Shown here piece by piece: positions 30,018 to 40,084 of a stretch of 64,000 nt of DNA (the stretch's first letter is position 1; each line of letters starts with the position of its first letter). The stretch is from Alphaproteobacteria bacterium. Lineage in GTDB: Bacteria > Pseudomonadota > Alphaproteobacteria > UBA2966. A program made the translations under genes and the position numbers. The stretch spans positions 15,477 to 79,476 of the forward strand of contig JABIFY010000092.1 in NCBI GenBank assembly GCA_018650465.1. The letters run 5' to 3'. The notes below the pieces were generated by a model. That model was given only the letters and a program-made list of their open reading frames with translations. It did not search any database and was not told where the DNA came from.

Positions 30018-31286
30018 TTGGATTCCACAATGAGCGTGCGACCAGAAGCCAGGGGTGCGGACAGGATGTCTGACGAAGACGAAGTCATTGACGACGAAGC
30101 TGTTGCGGCGGAGTGGGAAGCCTCGATGTTGGCGGAAGCCGGCGGGGACGAAGAGGAAGGCGTGGACGACGACGCTGTTGCCGCCGAATGGGAAGCCCAG
30201 ATGGCGGCCGAAGGCGGTGGCGATGAAGGTGGCGGTGATGACGATGCCATGGCCGAGGAGTGGGCCGCTATGGCCGACGGCGATGGTGATGGCGAAGATG
30301 AAGACGATGACATGGGGTCGACCCAGTCGACGCGTGTTCTTGACCAGGACGAAATCGACAGCCTGCTCGGCTTTGACAATGATGGTGACGGCGAGGAAGA
30401 AACTTCCGGCATCAAGGCGATCATCAACAGTGCGCTGGTTTCATACGAACGACTTCCCATGCTGGAGATCGTTTTTGACCGCCTGGTCCGGTTGATGTCG
30501 ACGTCCTTGCGTAACTTTACCTCAGATAATGTTGAAGTTTCGCTGGATAACATCACGTCAATTCGATTTGGCGATTACCTCAATTCCATTCCCTTGCCAG
30601 CTATTCTCAGTGTATTCCGAGCGGTTGAATGGGATAACTTCGGTTTGATCGTTGTTGATTCAGCCATGATCTATTCGATTGTGGATGTGCTGCTTGGCGG
30701 ACGTCGAGGCACTGCGGCTATGCGTGTTGAAGGTCGTCCATACACGACCATTGAACGAAACCTGGTTGAGCGCCTGGTGACCGTTGTGCTGGCCGATATG
30801 GGTGCGGCATTTGAGCCCCTTAGCCCTGTTAGCTTTAATTATGACCGCCTGGAAACCAATCCACGCTTTGCAACGGTTGCGCGACCTGCAAACGCGGCTA
30901 TTTTGATCAAGCTTCGGGTTGATATGGAAGACCGCGGCGGTCGTTTGGAAATAATGTTGCCATACGCCACGCTTGAGCCCATTCGTGAATTGCTGTTGCA
31001 GCAGTTCATGGGCGAGAAATTTGGCCGGGATACAATCTGGGAAAGCCACCTGGCAACAGAGCTCTGGTCGACCGAAATCTCTATTGAAGCTGTGCTTGAC
31101 GAACAAACAATGTCTTTGACAGATGTTATGAATTTTTCGGTTGGTGAAACCTTGATGTTGAACAGTGCGCCAGACGACCAGATTGAGTTGCGCTGCGGCG
31201 GCATTCCCCTGATGACCGGTAAGATGGGCCGGGTTGGGAATTCAATTTCAATTCGTGTGGACAATGGTATCGAATCGCGAAACTGA
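30018..31286 (+). CDS. fliM: Flagellar motor switch protein FliM with acidic tandem-repeat N-terminal extension
   Basis: Colinear with E. coli FliM (CheY-binding LDQDEIDSLL, RLPMLEIVFDRL, VDVLLGGRRG, IMLPYATLEPIRELL, C-terminal SpoA/FliN-like LRCGGIPLMTGKMG). It is preceded by about 100 aa of Asp/Glu-rich repeats (DDEAVAAEWEA x3). Confidence 0.85.
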   Translation: MDSTMSVRPEARGADRMSDEDEVIDDEAVAAEWEASMLAEAGGDEEEGVDDDAVAAEWEAQMAAEGGGDEGGGDDDAMAEEWAAMADGDGDGEDEDDDMGSTQSTRVLDQDEIDSLLGFDNDGDGEEETSGIKAIINSALVSYERLPMLEIVFDRLVRLMSTSLRNFTSDNVEVSLDNITSIRFGDYLNSIPLPAILSVFRAVEWDNFGLIVVDSAMIYSIVDVLLGGRRGTAAMRVEGRPYTTIERNLVERLVTVVLADMGAAFEPLSPVSFNYDRLETNPRFATVARPANAAILIKLRVDMEDRGGRLEIMLPYATLEPIRELLLQQFMGEKFGRDTIWESHLATELWSTEISIEAVLDEQTMSLTDVMNFSVGETLMLNSAPDDQIELRCGGIPLMTGKMGRVGNSISIRVDNGIESRN

Positions 31287-31297
31287 GTTTTTCACAT

Positions 31298-31651
31298 GTG
31301 ATCAAGCCACAAACCGCTCCTTCGCAGGGGCGGTTTTCTTTTGGAATCTGTCCAACTCCCCATTCTATCGAAAATGATATTAGGCTAATATTTGGTTCGG
31401 CTGGAGAAGCGGTCCTGTTGGCCAACGATACGCCTTATGGTCTGGCAGTCGCTGTATGGACGAAAAATTCTGCCCGGATGCATCGCCTGGGCCGCAAGAT
31501 TGAAGCCTGTATTCAATGGATGAATTGTTGGTTCTTGCGGGATCTCAGGACGCCGTTCGGCGGTTCAAAACCATCCGGTATTGGTCGCGAGGGCGGCGTG
31601 CATTCACTGGAATTCTATACCGATTTGCGTAATATCTGCGTCAAGCTTTAG
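31298..31651 (+). pseudogene. Remnant of an NAD-dependent aldehyde dehydrogenase (2-hydroxymuconic-semialdehyde-dehydrogenase-like), C-terminal about 95 aa only
   Basis: LLANDTPYGLAVAVWTKNSARMHRLGRKIEACIQWMNCWF...PFGGSKPSGIGREGG matches the ALDH C-terminus. The catalytic Cys and Rossmann domains are absent, and there is no upstream ALDH-coding frame. Confidence 0.7.
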
Positions 31652-31665
31652 GAGCAACTGACGAC

Positions 31666-32460
31666 ATGACAACAACGAACGAAAGCATCGAAAAAGCGGC
31701 AGCCGCCATTCGCAAAGCCTACGATACTGGCGAGGCTTGTGCTCCCGTGCGAGAGTTTATTGGTGAGACGGATCTGGATGCAGCTTATGCAGTTCAGGAA
31801 ATTAACACCAAACACTGGCTCGACACCGGCCGTCGACCTGTCGGGCGGAAAATTGGTCTGACGTCAAAAGTTGTGCAGACCCAATTGGGTGTGGATCAGC
31901 CTGACTACGGCATGCTCTATGCGGACATGGATGTCGGCGATAGTGAAGAAGTGGCTCTTGGTCGGGTCATTCAGCCACGGGTAGAAGCTGAAATATTTTT
32001 TGTTCTGGGCGATGACCTCGATGAAGAACAACTCACGACTGCCGATGTGATGAACGCCATTGACTACGCCGTTGCCGGAATTGAAATCGTTGGATCTCGC
32101 GTCGCTGAATGGAATATCCGCATTACCGATACGATTGCTGATAATGCGTCCTCCGGCCTGTTTGTGCTGGGCCAGCAACCTAAACTGATTTCCGAATTTG
32201 ATTTGCGCTTGTGTGGCATGGTCATGGAACGCAAGGGTGAGCCGGTTTCCGTGGGGGCAGGTGCCGCATGTCTCGGCAGCCCGATCAACGCAACTTTGTG
32301 GCTGGCCAGAATGATGGCGAAGGTCGGTCGTCCCTTGATGCGTGGCGATATTGTTCTGTCTGGTGCCCTGGGCCCTATGGTGCCTGTCTCACCTGGAGAT
32401 GTCGTTGAAGCACGGATAAGCGGGCTGGGTTCAGTTCGTGCCGTCTTTGCGCCTGAATAA
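31666..32460 (+). CDS. 2-oxopent-4-enoate (2-keto-4-pentenoate) hydratase family (XylJ/DmpE/MhpD-like)
   Basis: Member of the MhpD/4-OD fold family. Assigned as the hydratase from its position immediately upstream of the acetaldehyde dehydrogenase and aldolase genes. Confidence 0.6.
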   Translation: MTTTNESIEKAAAAIRKAYDTGEACAPVREFIGETDLDAAYAVQEINTKHWLDTGRRPVGRKIGLTSKVVQTQLGVDQPDYGMLYADMDVGDSEEVALGRVIQPRVEAEIFFVLGDDLDEEQLTTADVMNAIDYAVAGIEIVGSRVAEWNIRITDTIADNASSGLFVLGQQPKLISEFDLRLCGMVMERKGEPVSVGAGAACLGSPINATLWLARMMAKVGRPLMRGDIVLSGALGPMVPVSPGDVVEARISGLGSVRAVFAPE

Positions 32461-32478
32461 ACTTTAGGGAAACAAATT

Positions 32479-33417
32479 ATGAAAGCCAAAGTGGCGATTA
32501 TTGGTTCCGGAAATATTGGAACCGATTTGATGATCAAGATACAACGCATGTCGCAGGTGCTGGAAATGGCCGCAATGGTTGGTATTGATGCAGATTCGGA
32601 TGGATTGAAACGAGCCACTGAAACGGGCGTCGCTACAACCTATAAAGGCCTTGAGGGACTGACGAAACTGGATTGTTATGCCGATATCAAAGTCGTGTTC
32701 GATGCAACATCTGCTGGTGCTCACAAGGCACATTCCGAGCGACTGATCGCGGATGGCAAGCAAGTCATTGACTTGACCCCGGCAGCAGTCGGTCCGTTTG
32801 TGGTACCGGTGGTCAATATGGACGAGCATCAAAATGAGCCAAATATGAACATGGTGACCTGCGGCGGCCAGGCGACAATCCCGATTGTTGCTGCTGTGCG
32901 ACGGGTTGTGGATCGTGTGGTTTATGGTGAAATTGTCGCTTCTATTTCTTCAAAATCGGCAGGACCAGGTACCCGAGCAAATATTGATGAGTTTACAGTG
33001 ACCACAGCCAAAGGCATTGAAACCGTGGGCGGTGCCGAAAGGGGCAAGGCGATTATTGTCATGAACCCGGCCGAGCCCCCGATGATCATGCGAGACACAG
33101 TGTACACCTTCAGCCAGGGTGGCAACGAAGACGCGATCCGGGATTCCATCCAGACTATGGTTGCTGAAGTTCAAAAATATGTTCCAGGGTATCGTTTGAA
33201 ACAGGAAGTTCAGTTTGAACATTTTGGCGATAATCAAAAACTCAACATTCCTGATGTCGGTCAGACGGCTGGACTGAAAACAACGGTCTTTCTGGAGGTT
33301 GAAGGCGCTGCACACTATTTACCCGCCTATGCCGGAAATCTTGACATCATGACGTCATCTGCTTTGGCAACCGCTGAACGCTGGGTTGAAACCAAGCTTG
33401 ATGAAAAGGCTGCCTGA
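32479..33417 (+). CDS. Acetaldehyde dehydrogenase (acetylating)
   Basis: [22 protein letters not shown]-terminus and overall DmpF/MhpF pattern. Confidence 0.85.
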   Translation: MKAKVAIIGSGNIGTDLMIKIQRMSQVLEMAAMVGIDADSDGLKRATETGVATTYKGLEGLTKLDCYADIKVVFDATSAGAHKAHSERLIADGKQVIDLTPAAVGPFVVPVVNMDEHQNEPNMNMVTCGGQATIPIVAAVRRVVDRVVYGEIVASISSKSAGPGTRANIDEFTVTTAKGIETVGGAERGKAIIVMNPAEPPMIMRDTVYTFSQGGNEDAIRDSIQTMVAEVQKYVPGYRLKQEVQFEHFGDNQKLNIPDVGQTAGLKTTVFLEVEGAAHYLPAYAGNLDIMTSSALATAERWVETKLDEKAA

Positions 33418-33419
33418 TC

Positions 33420-34484
33420 ATGAATGCAACTCAAACGCCTGATAAAATATATATCCAGGATGTAACCCTGCGGGATGGGATGCATGCTGTGCGTCACCAG
33501 TTTGATCTGGACACAGTGCAGTCAATTTCGCGGGCGCTGGATGAAGCGCATGTGGATGCCATCGAGATTTGCCATGGCGACGGTTTAACGGGCACCTCCT
33601 TCAACTATGGTTTCGGCTCGCATTCTGACAATGACTGGATTGCCGCCGTTGCCGATGTCGTTGAACAGGCGAAGGTTACTGTTTTGCTGATCCCCGGGAT
33701 CGGCACGATTGAAAACCTGAAATCGGCCTATGACGCCGGTGCCCGCAGTGTCCGTATTGCCACGCACTGCACCGAAGCTGATGTTTCGAAACAACATATT
33801 GAAGCGGCCCGCGAAATGGGTATGGATACGGTCGGATTTTTGATGATGGCCCATATGATTCCTGCACAGGAACTTTTAGCCCAGGCATTGTTGATGGAAT
33901 CTTATGGTGCTGAATGTGTTTATGTAACCGACAGCGCCGGAGCCTTGTTGCAGGATGAAGTGGCGGAGCGAGTGCGAATTTTTCGGGATGCATTGAAGCC
34001 TGAAACGGGTATTGGTATCCATTGCCACCACAATCTTTCGCTTGGTGTCGCCAGCTCTGTGTCAGCTGTCCAGAATGGCGCGACAAGAGTTGATGCTTCG
34101 CTGGCCGGGAACGGGGCTGGTGCCGGCAATACACCGCTTGAAGTTCTGATTGCGGTATTCAATCGCATGGGTATCGAAAGTGGGTGTGATCTCTACAAAT
34201 TGATGGATGCGGCGGATGATCTTGTTCGTCCATTACAAGATCGTCCTGTGCGGGTTGACCGTGAAAGTTTGTCGCTGGGGTATGCTGGAGTCTATTCCAG
34301 CTTCTTGCGTCATGCCGAAAATGCTTCTGAAACCTATGGCATTGATACCCGTGAAATGCTTGTAGAGCTGGGGCGTCGTCGCATGGTCGGTGGCCAGGAA
34401 GACATGATTGTCGATGTGGCACTGGACCTGGTGAAGAGCAGGCAAGAAGCGGGCGCTGAAAATTCTGAAGAGGCAACAACATGA
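33420..34484 (+). CDS. 4-hydroxy-2-oxovalerate aldolase
   Basis: [12 protein letters not shown]...EICHGDGL DmpG/MhpE signature. Start is 3 nt after the previous stop. Confidence 0.85.
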   Translation: MNATQTPDKIYIQDVTLRDGMHAVRHQFDLDTVQSISRALDEAHVDAIEICHGDGLTGTSFNYGFGSHSDNDWIAAVADVVEQAKVTVLLIPGIGTIENLKSAYDAGARSVRIATHCTEADVSKQHIEAAREMGMDTVGFLMMAHMIPAQELLAQALLMESYGAECVYVTDSAGALLQDEVAERVRIFRDALKPETGIGIHCHHNLSLGVASSVSAVQNGATRVDASLAGNGAGAGNTPLEVLIAVFNRMGIESGCDLYKLMDAADDLVRPLQDRPVRVDRESLSLGYAGVYSSFLRHAENASETYGIDTREMLVELGRRRMVGGQEDMIVDVALDLVKSRQEAGAENSEEATT

Positions 34485-35251
34485 GTAATCTTGGAAACCT
34501 GGCGGAAATTGTTGATGAAGCTGCGCGAACGGCAACTGCGGTACCGCAATTGACTATTGATACACCGGATTTGACGCCAGAAGACGGTTATGCCGTGCAG
34601 GCCCTCGCCATGGCGAGGCGCCTTTCACGTGGTGAAAAACGTGTTGGCGTGAAGATGGGCCTGACCAGTCGGGCCAAAATGATTCAGGTGAATGTGGAAG
34701 AGGTCATCTGGGGTCGCTTAACAGATGGCATGCGGGTCGAAGAAGGCGGTTTCACATCCATGTCGAAATATGTGCACCCCCGGGTGGAGCCTGAAATTGC
34801 TTTTTTGATGGGTGCGCCTCTGTCAGGGGATGTCAGTGCCGTTGAAGCTATGAACGCTGTGGAAGCTGTTGCGCCTGCCATGGAAATCATCGATAGCCGC
34901 TACAAGGATTTCAAATTTACCTGGGCAGATGTTGTTGCAGACAATTGTTCATCTTCCGGGTTTGTGATTGGGAATTGGTGTGCACCGGACAGCGATATCG
35001 CAAATGCGGGCATGGTCATGGAAATTGATGGGCAAGCCCGGCAAATCGGGTCCAGTGCTGCGATCCTGGGCAATCCGGTGCGGTCGCTGGTCGCGGCGGC
35101 CCGCATGGTGTCCCAATGGGGCGAACGTCTGGAAGCCGGGTACATTGTGATGGCAGGTGGGGCGACGGCCGCCGAACCTCTGGCTGCGGGCATGAGCATC
35201 CGGAATACAGTTCAGGGACTTGGCAGTGTGTCGTTTCAGGTAGAGGCCTGA
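34481..35251 (+). CDS. 4-oxalocrotonate decarboxylase family (XylI/DmpH-like)
   Basis: Second MhpD-fold paralogue, placed after the aldolase as in dmp/xyl operons. 4-nt overlap with the upstream gene. Confidence 0.55.
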   Translation: MSNLGNLAEIVDEAARTATAVPQLTIDTPDLTPEDGYAVQALAMARRLSRGEKRVGVKMGLTSRAKMIQVNVEEVIWGRLTDGMRVEEGGFTSMSKYVHPRVEPEIAFLMGAPLSGDVSAVEAMNAVEAVAPAMEIIDSRYKDFKFTWADVVADNCSSSGFVIGNWCAPDSDIANAGMVMEIDGQARQIGSSAAILGNPVRSLVAAARMVSQWGERLEAGYIVMAGGATAAEPLAAGMSIRNTVQGLGSVSFQVEA

Positions 35252-35352
35252 GCAACAAGTATCACGCAGGCGCGATATCTGCGACAATATACCACGTCGT
35301 TGCCGGGGTCGTTTTCATTTTCAATAGATCGGTCTGATCAAAAGAGGCCGAC

Positions 35353-36360
35353 ATGACCCATACTGAACCGATGCGTGACATAGCCCATCTGGGCCATATC
35401 GAATTGCTCTCACCCAAGCCTGACGAAAGTTTCCGCTATTTCACAGAGCTGCTGGGCATGGAATGTGTGCACCGCGAGGGACAGTCAGTCTATTTGCGGG
35501 GGTACGGAGACAATGCTTCAACAACCTTGAAGTTATCCGAATCTGACAAGCCAGGTGTCGGCCATGTGGGTTGGCGTGCCATCAGCCCCCAGGCATTGGA
35601 ACGCAGGGCGGCGGAGATTGAGAAAACCGGTCTTGGCCTTGGTTGGAGCAATGGGGACTTTGGCCATGGTCGCGCTTATCAGTTTTTTGATCCGGATGGA
35701 CACAAGCAGGAAATTTACTACGAGGAAGACCGCTACATTGCACCGGATGACAAGCGATCAACCCTGAAAAATCTACCCATGAAATACCCCGGTCGCGGCG
35801 TCGGTGTGCGGCGGACAGACCATCTGGCCTTGCTTTGTAAAGACGTCGGACCCAATCGTGAATTCGCCCAGGAAAATCTGGGTTTGCAACTGCGTGAACA
35901 AGTGCTTTTCGACGAGGGTAAATTTGAAGTCGGCTCGTGGATGAGTTCAACTGCCGTTCATCATGAAATGGCTTATGTTGCCGATGTCAAAGGCTTGAGC
36001 GGTCGATTGCATCATGTTTCGTTCTGGGTCGATAATCGAGAAGATGTGTTGCGGGCGGCCGATATCCTTATGGAAAATGGAATCGAAATCGAGGCAGGGC
36101 CATCGCGTCATAATAATTCCCAGGCCTTCTATCTCTATTCCTTTGAACCCGGTGGCAACCGCATCGAAATCTACTCAAGCGGGTTTTTGGTTTTTGCACC
36201 AGACTGGCAACCTGTCATCTGGAACGAACAAGAACGCGGTACAGGCGTTTATTGGGGCGCAGCCTTGCCGGACAGTTTTTTGAATTATGGAACACCAGAC
36301 CCGGAAACACATGGATTGCCGACCCCAGCCAGCGATATACCCGGCGTTGATCCGCTGTAA
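35353..36360 (+). CDS. Catechol 2,3-dioxygenase (type I extradiol dioxygenase, VOC superfamily)
   Basis: Colinear with XylE, including GRLHHVSFWVDNREDVLRAADIL...GPSRHNNSQAFYLYSFEPGGNRIEIY. Confidence 0.8.
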   Translation: MTHTEPMRDIAHLGHIELLSPKPDESFRYFTELLGMECVHREGQSVYLRGYGDNASTTLKLSESDKPGVGHVGWRAISPQALERRAAEIEKTGLGLGWSNGDFGHGRAYQFFDPDGHKQEIYYEEDRYIAPDDKRSTLKNLPMKYPGRGVGVRRTDHLALLCKDVGPNREFAQENLGLQLREQVLFDEGKFEVGSWMSSTAVHHEMAYVADVKGLSGRLHHVSFWVDNREDVLRAADILMENGIEIEAGPSRHNNSQAFYLYSFEPGGNRIEIYSSGFLVFAPDWQPVIWNEQERGTGVYWGAALPDSFLNYGTPDPETHGLPTPASDIPGVDPL

Positions 36361-36641
36361 ATACTGTCTGGACTATTCTGGAAGGTCAGCCAGGGCATCT
36401 CTGATTTCTTGTAGATTGCAGGGCTTGCGAATAATCGGAATGATGCCCCCAAATCTTCCTGGGTTTGTTCCATATTTTCATTACTATTCAAGGCCTTGAT
36501 GCCGCGCTGCGTTTTCAAAAGAGCCGCACAGACCAAACCAAATGATAATCTATTTTATCGACAAAGCATTGTTGCTCGCAGGATGAGTGCCGGATACTCT
36601 TGAATAGCTAATTCCCCAATAATTTCCTTCCGAAATACAAA

Positions 36642-37055
36642 ATGAAAATCCATATACATCAAATCTCCGTTGAGTGGGGCGATTGTGACCCTGCCGGCAT
36701 TGTATTTTATCCGAACTATTACCGCTGGATGGACGAAGCAACCTTTCATTTGTTTGACAGTGCAGGTTACGGTTGGACGGAAATTCGAGAAAAATTTGGC
36801 CCCCCCGGATTACCTTTGGTAGCCACACATGCGGAATATCGCATTCCAGGCTTTTTTGGTGACAAAATGAGTATCGAAGTCGGCGTTTCCGAATGGGGAA
36901 CCAAATCACTAACTGTGTCCCACCGCTTTATGAAAGACGGCAAGCTGGCAGTTGAAGGTTGGGAAAAGCGCATCTGGAGCGAGGGTGATCCGGGGGCCGG
37001 CAAAAAAATTGTAACGGCTCCCATCCCCGAAGAAGTGAAGGTCGCGCTGAGTTAA
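36642..37055 (+). CDS. 4HBT-fold acyl-CoA thioesterase (YbgC-like)
   Basis: Catalytic-region motif WGDCDPAGIVFYPNY (DxxGxV). Confidence 0.7.
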   Translation: MKIHIHQISVEWGDCDPAGIVFYPNYYRWMDEATFHLFDSAGYGWTEIREKFGPPGLPLVATHAEYRIPGFFGDKMSIEVGVSEWGTKSLTVSHRFMKDGKLAVEGWEKRIWSEGDPGAGKKIVTAPIPEEVKVALS

Positions 37056-37084
37056 ACCGGATCATTGAATCAAGGACAGGAATT

Positions 37085-37918
37085 ATGACCAGTGGAGTAG
37101 TCGCAAGCGCAATCGTGCCCCATACACCTCGCATGGGCGTTGAGGAATCCGCACCGGATTTTGTCCGTCCACTTATCCAGGGACAACGCGATCTTGGTGA
37201 AGAACTACGCGCGCTCAAACCAGATGTAATTGTCTTGCAGTCCAGCCACTGGGTCAGCACATTTAATTGGTACGTGACTGTTAACAAAATCCATGAAGGT
37301 GTTTGCATCGCCGACGAAGCACCAGACCTTATTCCCGGCTCCCCTTACAAATACGATGGTGATCCAGAATTCGGACAGGCCGTTGTCGATGCGCTCAAAG
37401 GGGCAGGCCTGGCTGTTGGTTTGATGGATTCACCCCATTTCAAATGGGATTATGCCTCATATGTGCCGCTGCATTATCTCGACCCGGAAGCAACGATCCC
37501 GGTCGTCTTGCTGCCATCCGTCATATGTTCTGATCTGAATGAAAACATCAGGGTTGGTGGACTTGTACATGAGGCCGCAGTCAAGGAGGGCAAAAAAGTT
37601 GTTTACCTGGGCAGTTGCGCCCTCGCTCACAAAGTTGTCCGTGGGCCCCATTTGTGGCCATCACAGGAGCATATGGATACAGATAAAAAGCTGATTTCCA
37701 TGTTCTGTGACGGCGAAATAGATGCGTTGATTGATTGGCTGCCTGCTTATGCTCACGATGTTGTCACCGAAATGGGGGGGCGACCCCTTGCCGGGATGTT
37801 GGGGGCAACTGCTGCCATGGCCGGGGATACTGGTCGTGTCCGTGGCAAACAATGGGGTCCCTACGGACAAAGTTCCGGATCTGGCAATGCCAGCATTTGT
37901 GTTTTGCCAGCAGACTAA
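37085..37918 (+). CDS. Class III extradiol ring-cleavage dioxygenase, LigB family (AmnB/HpaD-like)
   Basis: AIVPHTPR N-terminus, PDVIVLQSSHW, WDYASYVPLHYL and LGSCALAHK match LigB-family landmarks. Confidence 0.65.
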   Translation: MTSGVVASAIVPHTPRMGVEESAPDFVRPLIQGQRDLGEELRALKPDVIVLQSSHWVSTFNWYVTVNKIHEGVCIADEAPDLIPGSPYKYDGDPEFGQAVVDALKGAGLAVGLMDSPHFKWDYASYVPLHYLDPEATIPVVLLPSVICSDLNENIRVGGLVHEAAVKEGKKVVYLGSCALAHKVVRGPHLWPSQEHMDTDKKLISMFCDGEIDALIDWLPAYAHDVVTEMGGRPLAGMLGATAAMAGDTGRVRGKQWGPYGQSSGSGNASICVLPAD

Positions 37919-37948
37919 TTCGTAAATAATACAGAACGGAATTTAACC

Positions 37949-40084
37949 ATGGGTGCTGAACGGTCTTTTGCCAAGGAAGTACAACAACTTCGCGCGGGCG
38001 AGGGGGAGGTATTTTTTGGCGAAGGCATCCTCGCTGTTACCAAAGGTTTGCTGCAGTCAGGTGTGGCCTATGTTGGCGGCTATCAAGGAGCACCTGTTTC
38101 ACATTTGATTGATGTGCTGGTAGATGCCGAAGACTTGATGACTGAACTGGGTATGCATGTAGAAACCTGCGCCAGTGAAGCGGCGGCAGCCGCCTTGCTG
38201 GGCGCATCAATTAATTATCCTTTACGCGGTGCCGTGACCTGGAAGTCCATCGTAGGTACCAACGTTGCGGCTGATGGCTTGTCCAATCTGTGCTCACCGG
38301 GGGTCATGGGCGGGGCATTGATTGTTGTTGGCGAGGATTACGGTGAAGGCGCCAGCATCATCCAGGAGCGTACCCTCGCCATGGCCATGAAGTCGACGAT
38401 CTGGCTTTTTGATCCCAGACCGGATTTGCAGAATATCGTCGACATGGTGGAGCAATCATTCGAGCTATCCGAAGCCTCCAATACGCCTGTGATGATGCAG
38501 CTACGTATCAGGTCCTGCCATGTCCAGGGAGAATTCATAGCCAAAAATAATCGCGCACCGAAAGTTGGCACCAAAAACCGTTTCACCGATCCGGCGGTGT
38601 TTGACTATGACCGTCTGGCGCATCCACCCGTGACCTTCAGTCATGAAAAGCTGAAAGTCTCTGCCCGCTTGCCGGCCGCACAGCGCTACATCGTTGAACA
38701 TGGCCTGAATGAACTGATCGAAGGTGAGCAAAAATCGGTCGGCATCATCGTCCAGGGAGGGATTTACAATATCCTCATGCGACGCTTGCAGGTCATGGGG
38801 TTAGCCGATGCTTTCGGAAACAGCAAGATACCCGTGTTGGTGTTGAATGTGACCCATCCGCTGGTGCCGGATCAGATAACGGATTTCTGTGCCGGTAAAA
38901 ATGCTGTTCTGATGGTCGAGGAAGGCAATCCCGAATTTATGGAACATCAGGTTAGCTCCCTGCTGCGCAAGGCTGACCTTTCAACCAAACTACACGGTAA
39001 GGACATCCTGCCGGCGGCTGGCGAATATACAGCTGATGTTTTGCAGCAGGGGCTGGTTTCATTTTTCGAGCTGGCCATGCCGACGGGCATTCACAAGTCC
39101 CATATACAGGACCTGGTCGCTCGTAGCGATGATGCGCGCATGGGCGGTAAGGTAGCCCTTGGTCAGCCATCACCGCCCAGACCTCCCCAGTTCTGCACGG
39201 GTTGCCCGGAACGCCCGGTTTTTTCGGCGATCAAGATCATCGAGCAGGAAACAGGGAAGGTGCATATCGCGGCTGATATCGGCTGTCACGCCTTTGCGAC
39301 CTTTGAACCATTTTCCATGGGGAATTCCATTCTTGGTTACGGCATGTCGCTGGCCAGTGCCGCCGCAGTTGCCCCTTTTCAGGAACGGCGCTCTATATCC
39401 ATTATGGGGGATGGTGGCTTTTGGCATAACGGCCTGACCAGCGGTGTCGTCAGCACCATGTTGAACGCTGGTGATTCTATTCTGATCATCATGCAGAACG
39501 GCTATACGTCTGCGACCGGCCAGCAATTTATCCCCAACAGTGCCGCCGGCCGTCACAAGGAGCCGCCGGGTATGGACATCGCCAAGACATTGAAAGGGTT
39601 GGGTGTTCCGTGGATGAAGACGATCCGGACATATTCTGTATCTGTAATGGTCGATACTTTGCGGGAAGCTTTGACGACGGACGTACCGGGCCTGAAGGTC
39701 ATTATCGCCGATGGTGAATGTCAGCTTGCGCGGCAACGACGACTGCGGGGTGAAAATGCCGGAAAACTGGAACGGGGCGAACGCGTTGTCACGCCGCGAT
39801 TTGGCATCGATGATGAAATTTGCTCAGGCGATCATTCCTGCATTCGACTTTCAGGTTGCCCCAGTCTTGGTATCAAGGACAATCCAAATCCGCTCAAATC
39901 TGATCCGGTCGCGACGATTGAGCCCACATGCGTTGGCTGTGGAATGTGCGGTGAAGTCTCCCACGCAGCAACGCTTTGCCCTTCCTTTTACCAAATCGAA
40001 AAAGTGACCAATCCAGGAGTTTTCGAGAATATGCTTGCAACCGTTCGACGCGGCGCAATCGGATTTTTGGGAGGCGGAGCGTGA
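37949..40084 (+). CDS. iorA: Indolepyruvate/2-oxoacid:ferredoxin oxidoreductase alpha subunit (ThDP-binding)
   Basis: ThDP motif GDGGFWHNG. Ferredoxin-type Cys clusters CTGCPERP and CVGCGMCGEV. IorA-type domain order. Confidence 0.75.
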   Translation: MGAERSFAKEVQQLRAGEGEVFFGEGILAVTKGLLQSGVAYVGGYQGAPVSHLIDVLVDAEDLMTELGMHVETCASEAAAAALLGASINYPLRGAVTWKSIVGTNVAADGLSNLCSPGVMGGALIVVGEDYGEGASIIQERTLAMAMKSTIWLFDPRPDLQNIVDMVEQSFELSEASNTPVMMQLRIRSCHVQGEFIAKNNRAPKVGTKNRFTDPAVFDYDRLAHPPVTFSHEKLKVSARLPAAQRYIVEHGLNELIEGEQKSVGIIVQGGIYNILMRRLQVMGLADAFGNSKIPVLVLNVTHPLVPDQITDFCAGKNAVLMVEEGNPEFMEHQVSSLLRKADLSTKLHGKDILPAAGEYTADVLQQGLVSFFELAMPTGIHKSHIQDLVARSDDARMGGKVALGQPSPPRPPQFCTGCPERPVFSAIKIIEQETGKVHIAADIGCHAFATFEPFSMGNSILGYGMSLASAAAVAPFQERRSISIMGDGGFWHNGLTSGVVSTMLNAGDSILIIMQNGYTSATGQQFIPNSAAGRHKEPPGMDIAKTLKGLGVPWMKTIRTYSVSVMVDTLREALTTDVPGLKVIIADGECQLARQRRLRGENAGKLERGERVVTPRFGIDDEICSGDHSCIRLSGCPSLGIKDNPNPLKSDPVATIEPTCVGCGMCGEVSHAATLCPSFYQIEKVTNPGVFENMLATVRRGAIGFLGGGA

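Noticed and set aside
29948-30556. 202-aa minus-strand ORF rich in Ser/Pro/Ala runs
   Set aside because: It is the antisense reading of the GAT/GAA/GCC-rich acidic repeat region of fliM. The low-complexity translation is an artefact of the opposite-strand codon repeats.
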